From the IMG/VR virus record IMGVR_UViG_3300048854_000081, positions 96,001 to 160,000 of that record: a stretch of 64,000 nt of DNA, one strand, 5' to 3'. This document shows, piece after piece, positions 30,526 to 39,432 of this stretch (the first letter of the stretch is position 1; the number at the start of each line of letters is the position of its first letter). Both the position numbers and the translations under genes were made by a program. The notes below the pieces were generated by a model that ran no database searches, had not been told where the DNA came from, and worked only from the letters and a program-made list of their open reading frames with translations. This stretch comes from a virus. Its lineage: Duplodnaviria > Caudoviricetes.

Positions 30526-30531
30526 TATTTA
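30526..30531 (-). promoter_or_regulatory. Late promoter motif TAAATA upstream of the HD-Pth2 module
   Basis: CTAAATA about 60 nt upstream of ATG 30465, with an intervening CCGGAA/TTCCGG hairpin. Confidence 0.5.
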
Positions 30532-30537
30532 GATGAA

Positions 30538-31380
30538 TCAAAACTGAATAGAATTTGTTATCCAGTTCTTCACCGCTTCTGGTGAGCAAGAATTCATGAA
30601 CTTAGTTTTACAGTTATTCGATATAAAGTCAAGATAGGCTTTATCATCCTTGTATCGCTCAATCAGGTCGATGACATCGCTGAAGTCACCCTTACATTCA
30701 ATGTAATCGATATTTGCTTCAAACTGGTGGCCGAACGGCAGCAATGTCGATATGTAAGGAGTGATGACCGGAATACCTAGGGCAAACGATTGAAGGTGCG
30801 TTCTGTCTAAGATGTCATTGGTCGCACCCGGCACAACCACGTTCATACGGCAGGTATTCATGGAAGACAGGTATTCACTCTGCTCTACCATGGTGAAATC
30901 TACTGGAACGCCACTATACGCTTTTAGTTTGTCGAGAACCAGATTGCGGCGCTCAATAGCACCGCCATATATCTTACATTTATAGAAGATACTACCATGA
31001 GGATCATATGATATAGAATCTTTGAGGGTTGAATAGTCCGACCAGTTCATGAAAGACATCGGTGCAAAGGGGATACATCTAGGATCGGAGTGACCCGTCG
31101 TGTGGAATTTAAAATAAGGAATGTCTGAATCTATCAGCTTGAAGTCCAACACATTGTAATGGAAATCTGAGTAATCAAAGATGGCTTTCTTTCCATCAAT
31201 CTCGACAGCAAAATTGTTATTATGCTTGGCATCTTTGACGGTGGTATCTTCATCTACGATGGTAACGGTTCCCATGTGCTCAAGATAGTTCAAGACATGC
31301 TTATAATGTGTAATATAATAAGCTTCTTGTGAAAGATTACACAATGTCTGACAGGCTTTACCGGGAAAATTGATTATCAT
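30538..31380 (-). CDS. Putative GT-B glycosyltransferase (CgeB/exostosin-like C-terminus)
   Basis: EYLSSM...VVPG...DR..QSFALGIPVITP...DYIEC..DFSDV...ISNN. Confidence 0.6.
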   Translation of the reverse strand: MIINFPGKACQTLCNLSQEAYYITHYKHVLNYLEHMGTVTIVDEDTTVKDAKHNNNFAVEIDGKKAIFDYSDFHYNVLDFKLIDSDIPYFKFHTTGHSDPRCIPFAPMSFMNWSDYSTLKDSISYDPHGSIFYKCKIYGGAIERRNLVLDKLKAYSGVPVDFTMVEQSEYLSSMNTCRMNVVVPGATNDILDRTHLQSFALGIPVITPYISTLLPFGHQFEANIDYIECKGDFSDVIDLIERYKDDKAYLDFISNNCKTKFMNSCSPEAVKNWITNSIQF

Positions 31381-31383
31381 ACC

Positions 31384-31731
31384 TTACCACGTTTTACAGT
31401 CAATATTATCATATTCGAAGGTTTTTAGGTCATACCACAACACAAATTGTAGGTGAGTACTACCTTCCAAGGCTGACATTATCTTACCAGCAAACGAATC
31501 TAATATATTACACTTCACAGTCACAATAAACCCGTCAAAGAGCACAGTATTTAATTTAGCGTACGTTGTGTAAATTCCAGCAGACCAGTTACATAAAAAG
31601 ACAGTTTTCCGTGAGAATTTCACTCTCTCAAACATCTTTATGAATTCGAACGGTTTGTCATAACCAGAAAAATCAAAACTTAATTCTAAATTACCATTCT
31701 CAATGCGATATGTCTGTGCCGTGGGATACAT
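31384..31731 (-). CDS. Hypothetical protein
   Basis: ATG at 31731 with GGAGAGG RBS; TAAATA at 31776-31771 and a hairpin at 31747-31770 upstream. Confidence 0.55.
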   Translation of the reverse strand: MYPTAQTYRIENGNLELSFDFSGYDKPFEFIKMFERVKFSRKTVFLCNWSAGIYTTYAKLNTVLFDGFIVTVKCNILDSFAGKIMSALEGSTHLQFVLWYDLKTFEYDNIDCKTW

Positions 31732-31778
31732 GCCTCTCCAAATCAATAAGGGGTGACTTCTCACCCCTTATATTTAGC

Positions 31779-33473
31779 TCAGTTTTTGTAGTGTCTGTTT
31801 TCTCTTCGTGTCGATCCATCGTAATGGAACTTGCGGAAATGATTGATTGGAGCGGCTAATAGGCTACCAACCTTCATCTTCTTATCAAACGTGTACTGGC
31901 AACTCAAGCTGGAAAGCGTCTGCTCATACCAATGTTCAAACTCATCGGAAAGGAACAACTGACGGTTACCTCTCTTATTGAACAAGAGCGGCCAGTTAGA
32001 ATAGTGATAGTTACCTACAGCATAGGCTAAGCCCTTGTAGGAGCCTGTGTAATCAACGCGCGTCTTCCAGCGTAACTCATCACTACCCTTATCATCAGGG
32101 AAGATTTCATCGCGTCTGTGGTGAGCTACGTTCTTGTATCCCCAGTTGAAGTGACAGTCACCAAACACTTCCGTATGCGATAAACGTAAGAAATCCAGAT
32201 CATTATCTTCAAGAATATCAATACTCTTCTGGAACAGATTTGGAATGTATCTTACAAAACCATTCTTACATGGTTGACCCTTAAGAATCTTACCAGTTGG
32301 ACTCTCACCCCAGTCAGCATCGTTCTCGCCGTCACATACCAAGAGCATATCATCTTCAAAGAAGATCATGTACTTGTGGTTACTTTTGTCAAAATGCTTT
32401 GAACAGAATACACGACCATCGTTAATGCCAAGGTTATCACCTTCATGGATGACCTCAAAGCCATATTCCTTAAACAAATCGGAATATTCCTGAGCCAAGT
32501 TAGGATCAGTGGAGTTATTGACTACATACTTCTTATTCTTTTCAAATTCTTCCGGGTAAGCTACACGGAAAGATTCTGCCCACATCTTAAACTGACGTGG
32601 TAGATTGTAAGTGATTGCATAGAAGGCTAGTGGGAATTCTGGTTCTGCTTCAATCTTGTTCTGCTGAAGGTCTTCAAAGAACTTGTAAACAAGTCCATTA
32701 CCTTCAATGTAACGAATATTGTACTTCTTAGGATCACGGTAGGTGGCTAGAGTGAATACCGATTCTTCCGTACCCATGTGACCAGCGTTCAATGTATCAT
32801 TTAGAAGGTGGTAATACTGATCATTGAACGAATTGATCGCATCCTTGTTACCACCGAACACTCCACCACGACAAACGTACTTGGTGTCGGTACCAGCATA
32901 TGAATTCATGGCTGATTTAGTGAAACCGTGGACTTCTACCTGACCATCATAAGGGAAAGCAAGGAACATCATCTTGTTTAGATGAGGAATGATTTGCTTT
33001 TCAAGTGCTGGGGTAAAGTACTGCTCAAGGTTTACTGTATTGGAAAGACCACCATCTACCCATAGAAAATACTTGGTATCAAAGTAATTGAATAGGGAAG
33101 CATCATTTAACATGAACTGCTTATTCATTACAAGTGGATTGTACAGTTCAAGCTTAGCTTGGGTACTATCGACTAACCAACCAGCCTGATTGTACCAGCT
33201 TGGATTAGTTCTAATTGATTGAATCTTTTCATTGAATGGAAAAGCTCTAAGATCGTCCAATGTCTTTAGGATGACGCGAGTATTTTCGCGACCTCTGATT
33301 TCCCAAACCACACTTTCGTATTGTGGTTCGATGTAGACCACCATAGGAAAGTCTAGTCTAAGCATTCTCTTGAAGCACTCTAGGTAATGATCGAAAGAGC
33401 GCTTCATACCGCCTTCCATTTCACCACGGCCTAGGTTAAACAATCCCGTTACTAAGGTTAAATTTCTTGTCAT
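31779..33473 (-). CDS. HtrL/YibB-like domain fused to a GT-A glycosyltransferase domain
   Basis: TLVTGLFNLGR...RSFDHYL...NYFDTKYFLWVDGG...GGVFGG...GTEE (HtrL-like); C-terminal NLGINDGR...FFEDD. Confidence 0.7.
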   Translation of the reverse strand: MTRNLTLVTGLFNLGRGEMEGGMKRSFDHYLECFKRMLRLDFPMVVYIEPQYESVVWEIRGRENTRVILKTLDDLRAFPFNEKIQSIRTNPSWYNQAGWLVDSTQAKLELYNPLVMNKQFMLNDASLFNYFDTKYFLWVDGGLSNTVNLEQYFTPALEKQIIPHLNKMMFLAFPYDGQVEVHGFTKSAMNSYAGTDTKYVCRGGVFGGNKDAINSFNDQYYHLLNDTLNAGHMGTEESVFTLATYRDPKKYNIRYIEGNGLVYKFFEDLQQNKIEAEPEFPLAFYAITYNLPRQFKMWAESFRVAYPEEFEKNKKYVVNNSTDPNLAQEYSDLFKEYGFEVIHEGDNLGINDGRVFCSKHFDKSNHKYMIFFEDDMLLVCDGENDADWGESPTGKILKGQPCKNGFVRYIPNLFQKSIDILEDNDLDFLRLSHTEVFGDCHFNWGYKNVAHHRRDEIFPDDKGSDELRWKTRVDYTGSYKGLAYAVGNYHYSNWPLLFNKRGNRQLFLSDEFEHWYEQTLSSLSCQYTFDKKMKVGSLLAAPINHFRKFHYDGSTRRENRHYKN

Positions 33474-33484
33474 CGTAAAATCCG

Positions 33485-34216
33485 TTAAATTATATTTGTT
33501 GATATTAGTTTGCCACCATGCAATGTTCTAAAGTTATCAGCAAATGGTGTTCTATTATTTACATTAATTATATTGATGTTGCTTTTTTGTATGGCTACTG
33601 CTAATTCAAATGCTTCAATAAAAGGATCGATGTCATTTTCAATAGCATAATCCGATATTGCCTTCCATTCTCTTAAAAAGTGATTGGTTATTTTACCGCG
33701 TGTTAAAACCATAATGGTCTCAACTGCTAGCCTAGCTTCGATAGTTGTGAAATCAATATCATGAGCTTTGGCTTTATCTGGAATGAAACGAGCTAGGCTT
33801 GTATTTTCGCAGACCTTTTCTCTGAAACGACACATTAATGTGTCATCGTGTCCATGAATGAATCGGGATATTCCTTTATCCCAACCAAATACGAATGTAT
33901 CTGCATCAATATAAATTAATGATTCACCAACCACCTGTGACGCCATATACATAGCAATAGATTTTAAATGATAATTAAACTTACCTTCAATGGTTGGTTT
34001 AAATAATTCATACTTATTGATATCTATAATCTTAAGTCTGCTACCAAAATAGTAGACATGCGGATCACAAATAGCTGGTTTGTCTGTAACTATATAAATG
34101 TCTGACGACGTGAACTTCATAACGCTCTGGACAAGCGTCAGACATTTATCGATGTACTCTTCACCTATTGCTAAGGTTACGAATACGATTTTTCTATCGA
34201 CATCATAACCACTCAC
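33485..34216 (-). CDS. GT-A glycosyltransferase (GT6/GT8-like)
   Basis: FVTLAIGEEY...IVTD...LIYIDADT (DxD). Confidence 0.65.
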   Translation of the reverse strand: MSGYDVDRKIVFVTLAIGEEYIDKCLTLVQSVMKFTSSDIYIVTDKPAICDPHVYYFGSRLKIIDINKYELFKPTIEGKFNYHLKSIAMYMASQVVGESLIYIDADTFVFGWDKGISRFIHGHDDTLMCRFREKVCENTSLARFIPDKAKAHDIDFTTIEARLAVETIMVLTRGKITNHFLREWKAISDYAIENDIDPFIEAFELAVAIQKSNINIINVNNRTPFADNFRTLHGGKLISTNII

Positions 34217-35067
34217 AACAATCCTTCAAAAAATGCGCTGAATGACTTCATGGACGGCTCATAACATGCCCAATCTTCGTGATACCATGTATCAAAATCG
34301 AAAATGTTAAACAATTCAGGATACTGCTGGTAGATTAAGGTAAGAATCATTTCTTCTTGGAGAAGCGTGTTGTTCTCTAGAACATGATTGATGATTTCTT
34401 CCGAAGCCTCAAACATCTTAGAAATTTGTTCATTCGTACCACCGAACAGACCAGCAACCACACTACCCGGTAGGCGAGTGTCATTCATGTACAATTCGGG
34501 ATAATTATGCTGTCTATTGTTACAATAGAAGGTAAACAATCCAGTTTCGGTCAATTCGTTTAGCTTCTGAATAAGCTTACCATTGAAAGCTAAGATATTC
34601 TGAAACGATTTCTCGTAACCTTTGTCTTCCGGCATGAACGGATTGAACTTACTTGGGATGATGCCACCATGAGAAAGGCCCGCATCAATCCAGAATACCT
34701 TATCATTAACATTGGCATCAGATTCGGTCTTCAACCATTCCAGCTTCAACCACATGATTTCCACACAACGGTGTTCCCATACGTTATCATTAGCGTATAG
34801 TTCCTTGTTGATCTGTTTGATTTCATGGATTTTCTTATGATGCTTCATGGTTGGAAGCTCATAAATCTTCAAGGTCACATTCGTGATGGTATTCTGGTCA
34901 AGATATGTTTCAATCTCTTTCTTATCACGGGCAGATGTATAGCATAGAATAGGTGCGCCAAGATTTGCTAGGCATTTGAGAGAATAGAGATAGTGTCTAT
35001 CTCTATTCAATCTACCACCAAAATCTGTACCATGTAATTGATTATAAATTGCAGTTACAAATTTCAT
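34213..35067 (-). CDS. HtrL/YibB-like protein
   Basis: FVTAIY...K..W...FWIDAGL...AGLFGG...QEE.IL; ATG at 35067 abuts the upstream stop. Confidence 0.65.
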   Translation of the reverse strand: MKFVTAIYNQLHGTDFGGRLNRDRHYLYSLKCLANLGAPILCYTSARDKKEIETYLDQNTITNVTLKIYELPTMKHHKKIHEIKQINKELYANDNVWEHRCVEIMWLKLEWLKTESDANVNDKVFWIDAGLSHGGIIPSKFNPFMPEDKGYEKSFQNILAFNGKLIQKLNELTETGLFTFYCNNRQHNYPELYMNDTRLPGSVVAGLFGGTNEQISKMFEASEEIINHVLENNTLLQEEMILTLIYQQYPELFNIFDFDTWYHEDWACYEPSMKSFSAFFEGLL

Positions 35068-35068
35068 C

Positions 35069-37399
35069 TTAGGCATCCAACATCTTGTATCTGCTGCTGT
35101 TCTCAATCGATGAAATCAATAGATAATCATGATCCTTACCAATCTTTCCGGTATCCATGTACCACAATAGGATGCCTTCGTAATTGTTAGAGAACCATTC
35201 TAGGTTTTCTAGGTTACCACAGAAGAGTGCAGCCGTTGGGTAATGATTGATTTCAGCCTTGAAACGATCCTTGACGTAAGCCGCATCGAATATGCTTTCA
35301 ATATTCTTCTTAGAAGAAATGATGACATGCTCATCAGTCTTAGCGAACTGAGACAGAAGATCGACATCACGAGAGATATTGTAGGCATATTCACGTTCCT
35401 GTAACTCATCCAAGTTAACAAATAGGTGATATTTGCTGTTGTAAACATTGGCGTGAATCACTTCCTTACACCACAATAGCTTGATGTACTTAGCAAATTC
35501 AACCGTAGAATGCGTATGGAAGGTGAAACGTGCCGTTAGGCGAGAATCATAATAATGCTGTCTTGGTGTAATTGGGAAATACTTCAACGAGTCACTAGTT
35601 GGTAGAACAGCAGAGTATTTTTCCAAATTATACTGAGGAATCATAACAACAAGATTTCTACCATCACGGATCAAACCCTGAATCTTAGAAATATCACCAT
35701 CGATATCAGACTGATTATCCTTAAATGACAATACGTAGATCGATGTATCGTCAGATAGGGCAACCTTTTCCTGCTCTTCCTTCTGCTTTGTAAACTTATT
35801 GTTCGAAGCCTTGGAGATAATCTTACCTTCAAAGTAGACAGCATCAAGTTCGGTGTCTCTTAGAATCTTGAATGCATCTGAAAGACGGGTAAGAATAGGC
35901 TTACCGTCAACGTTAAACGACGTATTCAATAGAACACCATGACCGGTCAACTTCTCAGTCTCACCGATTAGATCATAAATTAACTGATTCTGGCTACGGG
36001 TAATGGTCTGTAGACGTGCAGTATTGTCTTCATGAGTAATAGCAGGAATCTTATCACGCCATTCTTCACGAACATTAGCCACGAACACCATGTGGCGGGA
36101 TTCAACGCCTTCATCGAATTCAAAATACTTAGGACAGTCTTCAAGACGAACCATAGGCGCGAATGGACGATACCACTCTCTATGCTTAACCTTATTGTTA
36201 AGAACATCCTTCATATCACCGACCGGGTTACAGATAATACTTCTGTTACCCAATGCACGGGAACCATGCTCAGAATTACCCTGAATCATACCGACAATGT
36301 TACCATCGGCGATAAATCGAGCCAAATCTTCTAACTGAACGTTTTCGTGAACAACTAGATCGTATTCCTGTACGTATGTACCGAATTGATTCTTATCTAG
36401 GATAGGAGCACCAGAATAGGTCAAATCAACCTGATTATCTGGCTTCAAATACCACATAAGACCACCGGAAGCAATACCACAGTCATTTACGTTAGGTGGA
36501 ACGAAAACCTTGTTATTTCTAAGCTTTAGAAGCTTGGAGTTCAACAATACGTTAAGCGCACAACCACCGGCCATTGAGACTGGCATATCTGGATACTTGT
36601 CTAGATATTTCTGTGCATACTTAAAGAACTGGTTTTCAAATGACTTCTGTGAAGTTGCTGCAATGTCCCAAGCAAGCTGACCTTCATAACGACTGGTTTC
36701 GAAGTTGAAATCATCACAACCAATACCCTTAAACAAAGCTGTTAGGGCATCATAGCGAGCTTCAGCACCACCAATGTAAGAATTACCAATGTAATTGAAC
36801 TTGGAATAGAATTCATCAAAATGAGGAACCCATTCGTCGCGAACAGTGCCGTATGAGCATAGACCCATGATTTTACCAGCATACACTAGATTACCAATAC
36901 TCAAAGCTTCCTTCTTGATATCCTTGATATAATCACAGATGATCATGTATGGGAAACCTAAGTCTTGGTTAAACTTATCGACTAGAGTAATACCAGTCTG
37001 TCTATTTGCTAGATACACATTGAAATAGCCACCATCGCCGCCACCATCAAAGGTGAAAACGAGAGATTCTTTATATGGGGACTGATAGAATGCGGTTGCT
37101 GCATGAGCGGTATGATGATCATAACCTAGAGCTTCCTTAGTATGGAATTTAGGCTTGATATTTTGTACGTAATCGGTTAGATATACGTCAACATCACTCC
37201 TGTCCGTGGTGGACAGGAGGTAGTCTGTAATTTCATCAAAGACAATCTGAGGATGCTTGCACGGCATGTAGGTGGTCAGACCTATGTTCTTAGAATTCAA
37301 CCACCTTTCGACTTCAATTACCCTATATTCACCCTTGTAATACATTGCTATTGCAGCATTGTGCGATCCATATGCCGATAGGATTAATTTGTCTTTCAT
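35069..37399 (-). CDS. NodU/CmcH/TobZ-family O-carbamoyltransferase with a C-terminal HtrL-like extension
   Basis: HNAA, EVER, HHTAHA, DGGGD, GKIMGL, GGCALN, NDCG, GSRALGNRSI, REWYRPFAP, NTSFN; about 240 extra C-terminal aa. Confidence 0.9.
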   Translation of the reverse strand: MKDKLILSAYGSHNAAIAMYYKGEYRVIEVERWLNSKNIGLTTYMPCKHPQIVFDEITDYLLSTTDRSDVDVYLTDYVQNIKPKFHTKEALGYDHHTAHAATAFYQSPYKESLVFTFDGGGDGGYFNVYLANRQTGITLVDKFNQDLGFPYMIICDYIKDIKKEALSIGNLVYAGKIMGLCSYGTVRDEWVPHFDEFYSKFNYIGNSYIGGAEARYDALTALFKGIGCDDFNFETSRYEGQLAWDIAATSQKSFENQFFKYAQKYLDKYPDMPVSMAGGCALNVLLNSKLLKLRNNKVFVPPNVNDCGIASGGLMWYLKPDNQVDLTYSGAPILDKNQFGTYVQEYDLVVHENVQLEDLARFIADGNIVGMIQGNSEHGSRALGNRSIICNPVGDMKDVLNNKVKHREWYRPFAPMVRLEDCPKYFEFDEGVESRHMVFVANVREEWRDKIPAITHEDNTARLQTITRSQNQLIYDLIGETEKLTGHGVLLNTSFNVDGKPILTRLSDAFKILRDTELDAVYFEGKIISKASNNKFTKQKEEQEKVALSDDTSIYVLSFKDNQSDIDGDISKIQGLIRDGRNLVVMIPQYNLEKYSAVLPTSDSLKYFPITPRQHYYDSRLTARFTFHTHSTVEFAKYIKLLWCKEVIHANVYNSKYHLFVNLDELQEREYAYNISRDVDLLSQFAKTDEHVIISSKKNIESIFDAAYVKDRFKAEINHYPTAALFCGNLENLEWFSNNYEGILLWYMDTGKIGKDHDYLLISSIENSSRYKMLDA

Positions 37400-37424
37400 G
37401 TTTTCTCTTTATTATTTGCTAGTC

Positions 37425-37430
37425 TATTTA
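37425..37430 (-). promoter_or_regulatory. Late promoter motif TAAATA heading the carbamoyltransferase/HtrL operon
   Basis: ATAAATA about 25 nt before ATG 37399. Confidence 0.65.
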
Positions 37431-37436
37431 TTAAAA

Positions 37437-38849
37437 TCAACTGTCTGCTAGACGGTCGATTCTAACCAACCAATCGTTCGAAGTGGTGTGCGGCCAAATC
37501 GTATAGGTCTTAGCGATGCGTGATGGATCACACATAAAGATGAAGCGATAGTCAACCCAATCACCCTTTAGATAAGCGGCAATTTCGTTAGCATCAAGGT
37601 CTTTTCTGAAGATTTCTTCGCCGTTCTCATCATGCGTACCAACGTACCAGAAATCGAAGTCAGTACCCGGATAAGTCTCTTCAACCTTAGTTTCAGGATT
37701 GACCCACTTAACGTCGTTCTTGTGAATGCATACGCGGATGTCATTCGAACGAGCAATGGTGGACTTCCATTCTTCTTCAGAATCGAAGGTCTGATATTCT
37801 AGGGTTGGTTCAACACGATCAAGAACCTTCTGCTGAACGCCACGGTACTTGAAGCTCATACCGGCATATTCTTCAAACTGCTTGACAGTACGGACAGTAC
37901 CGAAACCATACTTACCAAAATCGATCTGAGACTGGTCTTCACCGTCCATGCCGAATAGGATACGATTTCTCTTATGGCACTTGACGTTCTTTTCCCACCA
38001 ATCTTCAGTAATCTTACCCTTCTGCTTCTGCTGGGTGGTGTGGTCATCCCAAACCTTGACGCGACCCTTACGAGTATATTCGTGCCAAGCAACAGTTTTA
38101 TGTGGGTGATACAGATCGTAGCCGTGGGTGAAGGCACGAACACCGATAGAGATTTCTTCACCATGGAAGAAATATTCTGGATCATGCTGTACTTCTTCGG
38201 CAAAAGAGCCGTCAGCGAATGCAAAGTGAGCACTGTAGAAGCGCGAGAGCATTGGCTTGGTACGTTCCTTGTAATCATCAATCGTGGAAGGGCGGAAGAA
38301 CACTGCGCCTTCTGGAATGAAGCGATCAAAGTCCATTTTCCATGGTTCCTGAACACGACCGGCTGGATCGTTTTCTGGATCAAAAGAAGATATGTAAGCC
38401 GTCAATAGAGGCTTCGGACTTACATCCCTTACAGATTCTAACATTTCGATTAGTACCGTATCCCACCCCGGTATAAATCTATGATGCGAATCGAGTTGTA
38501 GGGTATATTTTTCCTTACCATAATGCTGCTGAATCTTGTTACGTGCCCAGCAAGCACCATGTGTCTTCAAATAATGAAGATCGATGAGTTCTACGGTTGC
38601 TCCATTCAACGTTAGCGTGTGGACAGTATCGCCCAACTTTTCGCCAGTAGAAACTACATCAAAAGACTTGTCGAGGAAATCCTCAACGGTTTCGTCTGCG
38701 GCATGCTGCCAACAGATAGTTACTCTTAGTAACTCTGGATGTTCTGCGTGTTCAATCATGTCAACTAGGGTTGGGATTAGTTGATGATCACGATAGCTCG
38801 CAATCTGTACGAATATCGTATTCTTGCTTTTGGTCTTAGTCTTAGCCAT
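37437..38849 (-). CDS. GT60-like polypeptide N-acetylhexosaminyltransferase (Gnt1/Skp1-GlcNAc-transferase-like)
   Basis: IFVQIASYRD, GACWAR, YTLQLDSHHRF..GWD..LI.M, FFHGEE...R.FTHGYDLYHP, YG.G..R. Confidence 0.8.
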   Translation of the reverse strand: MAKTKTKSKNTIFVQIASYRDHQLIPTLVDMIEHAEHPELLRVTICWQHAADETVEDFLDKSFDVVSTGEKLGDTVHTLTLNGATVELIDLHYLKTHGACWARNKIQQHYGKEKYTLQLDSHHRFIPGWDTVLIEMLESVRDVSPKPLLTAYISSFDPENDPAGRVQEPWKMDFDRFIPEGAVFFRPSTIDDYKERTKPMLSRFYSAHFAFADGSFAEEVQHDPEYFFHGEEISIGVRAFTHGYDLYHPHKTVAWHEYTRKGRVKVWDDHTTQQKQKGKITEDWWEKNVKCHKRNRILFGMDGEDQSQIDFGKYGFGTVRTVKQFEEYAGMSFKYRGVQQKVLDRVEPTLEYQTFDSEEEWKSTIARSNDIRVCIHKNDVKWVNPETKVEETYPGTDFDFWYVGTHDENGEEIFRKDLDANEIAAYLKGDWVDYRFIFMCDPSRIAKTYTIWPHTTSNDWLVRIDRLADS

Positions 38850-38880
38850 TTTAATCCTCTATCTTAAATGGTATTTCATA

Positions 38881-38914
38881 AAAGTGAATGTCGGGTGGGA
38901 TTCCCGACATTCAC
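38881..38914 (-). terminator. Intrinsic terminator/hairpin
   Basis: GTGAATGTCGGG-N7-CCCGACATTCAC followed by TTTT on the minus strand. Confidence 0.65.
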
Positions 38915-38941
38915 AGTTTGCGTTCTATTTAGGGCTGAAAA

Positions 38942-39382
38942 TTAACCCTTGTTTGCCTTAGGTGGGCGACCAGCCTTACGTGGAGCCTGAGCAGATTCGA
39001 CGACTGGTGCGTCAAACTGGGTCTGCGGGGCTTGTGGGTTAAGACGTGGAGCCTGAATAGCACCAGCGCGATGTAGGCTTGGTGCCATGATTTCGCCAGA
39101 GCGAGTTCTAACCTTAACAAACTGGTGGAAGTACTCTAGAGCGTTTACGCCGTTGGCGAGGGTCACCTGTGAGAATAAGTCCCAAGCTTCGTAACGAGCG
39201 GCATCACGCTTGGAAAGAATCTTCGCAGCGCGGTTACGGTCGATATCGTCAAGGTAATCAGTACGGATGAAATATACGTCACCGTTTTGCTTGTTGTGAC
39301 GCATAACGATGACTTCATAGGCGACGCCATTATTGAATAGGTCGATGGTAGAAACGTGTGGTAGCATAATGACTATCTCCAT
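38942..39382 (-). CDS. Hypothetical late protein with a basic GRPPK tail
   Basis: TAAATA at 39407-39402; coherent 146-aa ORF. Confidence 0.7.
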   Translation of the reverse strand: MEIVIMLPHVSTIDLFNNGVAYEVIVMRHNKQNGDVYFIRTDYLDDIDRNRAAKILSKRDAARYEAWDLFSQVTLANGVNALEYFHQFVKVRTRSGEIMAPSLHRAGAIQAPRLNPQAPQTQFDAPVVESAQAPRKAGRPPKANKG

Positions 39383-39432
39383 AAAATATTTTAGTCAAAA
39401 TTATTTATGGGTCAAAAAAATGTGTGTCGCGC

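Noticed and set aside
30538-38849. DNA hypermodification (T4-like glucosyl-hmC) as the purpose of the glycosyltransferases
   Set aside because: thyA looks canonical, no hydroxymethylase or modified-nucleotide kinase is in the window, and the enzyme families are protein/surface-glycan types under late motifs. Not fully excluded without the rest of the genome.
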